DNA from: Candidatus Eiseniibacteriota bacterium | GTDB taxonomy: Bacteria > Eisenbacteria > RBG-16-71-46 | Direction: 5' to 3' | DNA: 12,694 bases | Assembly (NCBI GenBank): GCA_031370785.1 | Contig: JANMQY010000001.1 | Span: 1-12,694, forward strand | The notes under the pieces: generated by a model | Seen by the model: only the letters and a program-made list of their open reading frames with translations | Databases searched by the model: none | What the model was told of the DNA's origin: nothing | Position numbers and translations under genes: made by a program | In this document: positions 8,750 to 12,694 of the stretch, one piece after another | Numbering within the stretch: the first letter of the stretch is position 1 | How the letters are laid out: each line of letters begins with the position of its first letter

Positions 8750-9795
8750 GTCTGCGCCCGCACGACTGTCCGGCCAGGCTCGAGCTGGACCCGACCGCGT
8801 GGATCGCGCCCGGCGCGGTGGTCGTGGGCGCGGTCAAGCTCGGCGCGCGCTCGAGTGTCTGGTTCAACACCGTGATCCGCGGCGACTCGGACCGGATCGA
8901 GATCGGCGCTGACAGCAACGTGCAGGACAACTCGACGGTCCACGTGGACGAGGGTCAGCCGGCACTGGTCGGCGCGCGGGTCACGATCGGACACCGCGCG
9001 ATCGTGCACGGCTGCATCATCGAGGACGAGTGCCTGATCGGCATGGGATCGGTGCTGCTCTCGGGAGCGCGCATCGGCGCGGGCTCCCTGATCGGCGCCG
9101 GCTCGCTGGTGCGCGAGGGACAGGTGATCCCGCCCGGGAGCCTCGTGCTGGGTTTTCCCGCGAAGGTGGTCGGTCCGGTGAGCGAGACGCACCGCGAGGC
9201 GATCCGACGCGGCACCGAGCACTACGTCGAGCTTTCGCGCGGCTACATGGCGCGCGGCTTCGCGCGACCGCATCCTCGTATCGACAGCGACACCGGCATC
9301 AGCTCGCGATCCTCGGGGCCGCTCGGCTTCCTCGAGTGGGAGCACCTGCTTTCGACGCTGGCGGAGAGTCCGGCGTGGGTGGAGCGCCGCCTGGAGCGTG
9401 CGCCTGGCGCGCGCTGGAGCGAGCCGCCCGCGCCCGGCAGGTGGAGCGCGGTTGAGGTGCTGTGTCATGTGCGCGACGCGGATGTGGAAGTGTTCGTGCC
9501 CCGCGTGCGACTCGTGCTCGGCGGCGCGCGCGAGGTGCCCGATGTGAAACTCAGCGCGCGGGACTCGCACCGCGATCGCGAGCAGGACCCCGCGATCGTG
9601 CTGGCAGGATGGCGCGCGGCGCGCGCCATCCTGCTCGACCTGTTGCGTCCGCTCGCGCCCCGCGACTGGGCGCGGTTCGCGTTTCATCCGGTACGTGGCC
9701 CGTATCCGCTGGGCGAGATGGTGCGCGCGCTGGCCGAGCACGACCTCTCGCACCGCCGCCAGATCGCAGAGGCGCTCGGGGAGTTCGGGTCGTGA
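8746..9795 (+). CDS. Fusion: gamma-carbonic anhydrase-like (YrdA/PaaY/CaiE) domain plus C-terminal DinB/YfiT-like domain
   Basis: GTGA overlap start. Hexapeptide repeats with IRGD, NVQDNSTVH and VTIGHRAIVHGC; after a linker, PGRWSAVEVLCHVRDAD and AEHDLSHRRQI typical of DinB_2. One uninterrupted 349-aa frame. Confidence 0.88.
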   Translation: MSLRPHDCPARLELDPTAWIAPGAVVVGAVKLGARSSVWFNTVIRGDSDRIEIGADSNVQDNSTVHVDEGQPALVGARVTIGHRAIVHGCIIEDECLIGMGSVLLSGARIGAGSLIGAGSLVREGQVIPPGSLVLGFPAKVVGPVSETHREAIRRGTEHYVELSRGYMARGFARPHPRIDSDTGISSRSSGPLGFLEWEHLLSTLAESPAWVERRLERAPGARWSEPPAPGRWSAVEVLCHVRDADVEVFVPRVRLVLGGAREVPDVKLSARDSHRDREQDPAIVLAGWRAARAILLDLLRPLAPRDWARFAFHPVRGPYPLGEMVRALAEHDLSHRRQIAEALGEFGS

Positions 9796-10484
9796 TCCAC
9801 GTCTTCGGGACGCCCGACCCGCCCATCCCGCGGTTGATCGCCGCTCTCGCCGGACGCGGGCATGCGCTCGCGCGCACGCCGGATGCGAAGCCTTCGGGAG
9901 CAGCGACGCTGGTGCTGGGCGCGGAGAAGTCGCTTGATCCGCTGGCGCTCGGCGTGCTGGCCGGAGCGTGGAGGAAGACCGGCCACGCGCGCCTGCTGGT
10001 GCTGAGTGCGCTCGGCGCGCATCCCGACGCGCGCGCCCCGCGCCTGCGCCGGCTGTGGGAGCTGGAAGAGAGCGCGCGCGGGCTCGGGCTGCCGGTGCTG
10101 GTGCTGAGACTGGGTGCTCTGATCGGACCCGACAGTCCGCTGTGGTGGAAGCTCCGCTCGCGTCCACGTCTTCCGCACGGCGGGCGGACGCTGGTCCAGC
10201 CGGTCGCCGAGCTTGATGTGCTCGAGGCGCTCGAGCGCGCGCTCGATGGCCGCGCGGCGTGGAAAGGCTGGTACGAGGTCGCGGGGAGCGAGCCGCTGAC
10301 GCTCGCCGAGCTGGCCGCGCTCGCGGCGGGCGGCGCGCGGGATCGCGCGAGCCTGGCCGGCGGCGCGTGGGAGCCGCCACTCGATGAGATGAACGAGCAC
10401 CGCCTGGCCGAGGCGGAGCCGTGGCTCAGCCATTTTCAGCTGACGCCGCACCCGATTCGCGAGGAGGCGCCGGCTTGGGCGTGA
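9792..10484 (+). CDS. Degenerate atypical SDR / NAD(P)-binding-fold protein (NDUFA9-like)
   Basis: GTGA overlaps at both ends. LLVLSALGA, WELEESARGLGLPVLVLRLGALIGP, VQPVAELDV and YEVAGSEPLTLAEL follow the atypical SDR pattern, but the Gly-rich motif is missing. Confidence 0.72.
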   Translation: MIHVFGTPDPPIPRLIAALAGRGHALARTPDAKPSGAATLVLGAEKSLDPLALGVLAGAWRKTGHARLLVLSALGAHPDARAPRLRRLWELEESARGLGLPVLVLRLGALIGPDSPLWWKLRSRPRLPHGGRTLVQPVAELDVLEALERALDGRAAWKGWYEVAGSEPLTLAELAALAAGGARDRASLAGGAWEPPLDEMNEHRLAEAEPWLSHFQLTPHPIREEAPAWA

Positions 10485-11017
10485 CCCGCGCTTCGGGCCG
10501 GCGTCCCAGGGGGCACGCCTCGAGCGGCGCCGCGCCGCGGCCGGTGACGTGCGCGATCATCACGGTCAGCGACACCCGGCGCGGGGCGGAGGACACGAGC
10601 GGCGCGACGATCGAGCGCCTTCTGGTGGCGGAGGGCCACCGGGTTGCCGTGCGCGCGTGGGTGAAGGACGATGCCCCGGCGATTCGTCGCGCGACCGGAG
10701 CGGCGCTGAGGCGACGCGAAGTGGATGTCGTGCTGGTCACCGGCGGCACCGGGGTCGCGCCGCGCGATGTCACGCCCGAGGCGCTCGCTCCGCTGGTCGA
10801 GCGCGCCCTGCCCGGCTTCGGCGAGGTGTTTCGCGTGTTCTCGCTCGCCGACGTCGGCACCGCGGCGTGGCTGTCGCGGGCTGGCGCGGGCATCGCGAAC
10901 GGACGATTGCTGGTCTGGCTCCCGGGCTCGCGTCGCGCGGTGGAGCTGGCCCTGAAGCGAGTGCTGCTGCCCGAGCTGGCGCACCTGATCGGACTGCTCG
11001 GACGATTCCCAACCTGA
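10481..11017 (+). CDS. moaB: MoaB/MogA-family molybdenum cofactor biosynthesis protein
   Basis: AIITVSDTR, DTSG, VTGGTGVAPRDVTPEA, LPGFGEVFR, AWLSRAGAG, LPGS. GTG 10481 overlaps the upstream TGA. Confidence 0.92.
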   Translation: MTRASGRRPRGHASSGAAPRPVTCAIITVSDTRRGAEDTSGATIERLLVAEGHRVAVRAWVKDDAPAIRRATGAALRRREVDVVLVTGGTGVAPRDVTPEALAPLVERALPGFGEVFRVFSLADVGTAAWLSRAGAGIANGRLLVWLPGSRRAVELALKRVLLPELAHLIGLLGRFPT

Positions 11018-11026
11018 GGAGACTGC

Positions 11027-11581
11027 ATGTCCATCCGGCCGGACCGTTGGATCCGCAAAATGTGCCGCGAGCACGCCATGATCGAGCCGTTTGCGGAGAA
11101 GCAGGTGCGCGACGGCGTCATCTCGTACGGCGTCTCGTCGTATGGCTACGATATTCGCATCGCCGACGAATTCAAGATCTTCACCAACCTCAACTCCACG
11201 GTGGTCGACCCCAAGAACATGGACCCGGGCTCGATGGTGGACTTCAAGGGCCCGATTGCGATCATCCCGCCCAATTCGTTCGCGCTCGGGCGCACCGTCG
11301 AATACTTCCGCATTCCGCGCAACGTGCTCACGATCTGCGTGGGCAAGAGCACCTATGCGCGCTGTGGCATCATCACCAACGTCACGCCCTTCGAGCCGGA
11401 GTGGGAGGGATTCGTGACGCTCGAGATCAGCAACACCACTCCGCTGCCGGCCAAGGTCTACGCCAACGAAGGCATCGCGCAGGTCCTGTTCTTCGAGAGC
11501 GACGAAGAGTGCGAGACGTCGTACCGCGACAAGAAGGGCAAGTATCAGAAGCAGGTCGGGATCACGCTGCCCCGCATGTGA
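11027..11581 (+). CDS. dcd: dCTP deaminase
   Basis: [61 protein letters not shown] just upstream. Confidence 0.97.
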   Translation: MSIRPDRWIRKMCREHAMIEPFAEKQVRDGVISYGVSSYGYDIRIADEFKIFTNLNSTVVDPKNMDPGSMVDFKGPIAIIPPNSFALGRTVEYFRIPRNVLTICVGKSTYARCGIITNVTPFEPEWEGFVTLEISNTTPLPAKVYANEGIAQVLFFESDEECETSYRDKKGKYQKQVGITLPRM

Positions 11582-11602
11582 CCGGCATCACGCGATAGGT
11601 GC

Positions 11603-11676
11603 TCGGGGATCGTCCAATGGTAGGACAGCGGCCTTTGGAGCCGTTAATCAAGGTTCGAATCCTTGTCCCCGAGCCA
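11603..11676 (+). tRNA. tRNA-Gln (anticodon UUG)
   Basis: Acceptor stem TCGGGGA/TCCCCGA, D-arm GTC..AATGGTAG..GAC, anticodon arm GCGGC-CTTTGGA-GCCGT (TTG at 11635-11637), T-arm CAAGG-TTCGAAT-CCTTG, discriminator G and encoded CCA. Confidence 0.97.
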
Positions 11677-11677
11677 T

Positions 11678-11706
11678 TTGCGCGCCTGATGCACGCTCGC
11701 TATGCT
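11678..11706 (+). promoter_or_regulatory. sigma70-like promoter for nuoI
   Basis: TTGCGC (11678-11683), 17 nt spacer, TATGCT (11701-11706). SD AAGGAG at 11739-11744. Confidence 0.6.
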
Positions 11707-11750
11707 GCGCCGCATCTCGGCAATCACCTCGTGGTCGCAAGGAGCGTTCG

Positions 11751-12197
11751 ATGCTGAAGGAGCTGGGCAAGGGACTCGGCGTCACCCTCGAAAACCTGTT
11801 CCGTAAACCCTTCACCGTCCAGTATCCGGATGAGAAGCTCACCATGTTCCCGCGCTTCCGCGGGCTGCACATCCTCACCCGCCACGAGGACGGTCTCGAG
11901 CGCTGCGTGGGGTGCGAGCTGTGCGCGGTGGCCTGCCCGGCGGACGCGATCTTCGTGAAGGCCGCCGAGAACGATCCGCAGGATCCGAAGTCGCACGGCG
12001 AGCGCTACGCGGTGCGCTACGAGATCAACATGCTGCGCTGCATTTTCTGTGGCATGTGCGAGGAAGCCTGCCCGGAGGACGCCATCTACCTCGAGAAGAC
12101 CTACGAGCTTGCGGACTACAACCGGGACGCCTTCATCTACACCAAGGACGAGCTGGTCGTGGGCCCCGACAAGAACGGCTACCTGCCCGTGCGCTAG
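11751..12197 (+). CDS. nuoI: NADH-quinone oxidoreductase subunit I (2x[4Fe-4S])
   Basis: [50 protein letters not shown] and YTKDEL are NuoI/TYKY signatures. Confidence 0.95.
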   Translation: MLKELGKGLGVTLENLFRKPFTVQYPDEKLTMFPRFRGLHILTRHEDGLERCVGCELCAVACPADAIFVKAAENDPQDPKSHGERYAVRYEINMLRCIFCGMCEEACPEDAIYLEKTYELADYNRDAFIYTKDELVVGPDKNGYLPVR

Positions 12198-12354
12198 CGG
12201 CGCTTCCCGCGCGCATCGCCGTCGTGCGCTCCTGCTGCGCACACGGATTGTGTTTCACAGCGCAGCGGTCCGCCGGTTCAGCCTGGAACGCAAAGCGTTT
12301 CAGCCGCGGACGATCGGTCACGGCGCCCGTGGATGCGGATGCTGAGGAAGCCCC

Positions 12355-12383
12355 CGCAATCGGTTGAAGAACAAGGGGTTGCG
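12355..12383. promoter_or_regulatory. Candidate IHF-like binding site (imperfect dyad)
   Basis: CGCAA-TCGG-TTG-AAGAA-CAA-GGGG-TTGCG. Both strands contain CAA-N4-TTG, the core of the IHF consensus WATCAANNNNTTR (5' bases deviate). Lies just upstream of the -24/-12 element. Confidence 0.45.
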
Positions 12384-12398
12384 ATCGGCGATCGCGGG

Positions 12399-12415
12399 TT
12401 GGTACGTGCCCTGCT
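12399..12415 (+). promoter_or_regulatory. sigma54 (-24/-12) promoter upstream of hsp20
   Basis: TTGGTACGTGCCCTGCT against consensus YTGGCACG-N4-TTGCW. Invariant GG (12401-12402) and GC (12413-12414) are exactly 10 nt apart. Confidence 0.7.
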
Positions 12416-12476
12416 TTGGATCGGATGCGCACGAGCCGCAGCGATCAGCAGGTCACCATCCAGGAGGATCGATTCC

Positions 12477-12694
12477 ATGACGCTCATTCGTTGGACGCCC
12501 GCGCCCAATCCATCCCGCGATCTCATCACCATGCAGGACGAAGTGAACCGGTTCATCGACAGCTTCTTCCGCAGCAGCGCGCTGCGCTCCGAGGCGGTGC
12601 CGTTCACGCCCGAGGTCGACGTCGAGGAGACCCCCGAGGAGTTCGTGCTCCGTGCCGATCTGCCGGGCGTGCCCCAGAAGGACGTGAAGCTGAG
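12477..12694 (+). CDS. Hsp20/alpha-crystallin small heat-shock protein, 3'-truncated by the window
   Basis: SD AGGAGG at 12462-12467. Reads MTLIRWTP...DLITMQDEVNRFIDSFF...FTPEVDVEETPEEFVLRADLPGVPQKDVKL, the classic start of the alpha-crystallin domain. Not in the ORF track because there is no stop in the window. Confidence 0.93.
   Translation, partial: MTLIRWTPAPNPSRDLITMQDEVNRFIDSFFRSSALRSEAVPFTPEVDVEETPEEFVLRADLPGVPQKDVKL

Noticed and set aside
8284..10380. 698-aa minus-strand ORF, and other long antisense ORFs (4030..5439, 6930..8072, 2928..4022, 2053..3045)
   Set aside because: Arg/Ala/Pro-rich, no recognisable motifs, and antisense to well-supported genes. These are shadow ORFs expected from stop-codon scarcity at high GC.
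12198..12266. GC-rich inverted repeats after nuoI (e.g. GCTGCGC 12234-12240 / GCGCAGC 12260-12266) as an intrinsic terminator
   Set aside because: Imperfect stems with no following U-tract; such pairings are common at this GC content.
12426..12479. ROSE-type RNA thermometer in the hsp20 5' UTR
   Set aside because: No U(U/C)GCU anti-SD motif; only a 4-bp ATCC/GGAT stem around the SD, too weak to call without folding calculations.
11603..12694. tRNA-Gln as an integration site with nuoI/hsp20 as island cargo
   Set aside because: No integrase, no duplicated tRNA 3' end within the window and no evident compositional shift. A distal att site beyond the window cannot be excluded.

Overview
High-GC chromosomal window from a diderm (Gram-negative-type) bacterium. 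All credible genes are on the + strand, in three blocks. (1) A tol-pal envelope operon (3' end of tolQ, tolR, short Pro-rich tolA/TonB-family gene, tolB, pal, cpoB/ybgF) running directly into an Omp85-family outer-membrane protein gene. (2) A tightly coupled eight-gene operon behind a sigma70-like promoter: DUF355 adenosine-kinase-like protein, archaeal-type endonuclease IV-like TIM barrel, sarcosine-oxidase-beta/DAO-family flavoprotein, glyoxalase II-like MBL hydrolase, a gamma-carbonic-anhydrase-DinB fusion, a degenerate NDUFA9-like SDR, moaB and dcd, followed by tRNA-Gln(UUG). (3) A stand-alone nuoI with its own sigma70-like promoter, then the 5' part of an Hsp20 gene (missed by the ORF track) behind a sigma54-like promoter with IHF-like and candidate enhancer sites. 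No mobile element, CRISPR array or defence system is visible. The most unusual items are the gamma-CA-DinB fusion, the pseudo-enzyme-like SDR, the orphan nuoI, and the co-location of several families whose mitochondrial homologues are complex I-associated (speculative). Family calls are from motif recognition by eye; no searches were run.
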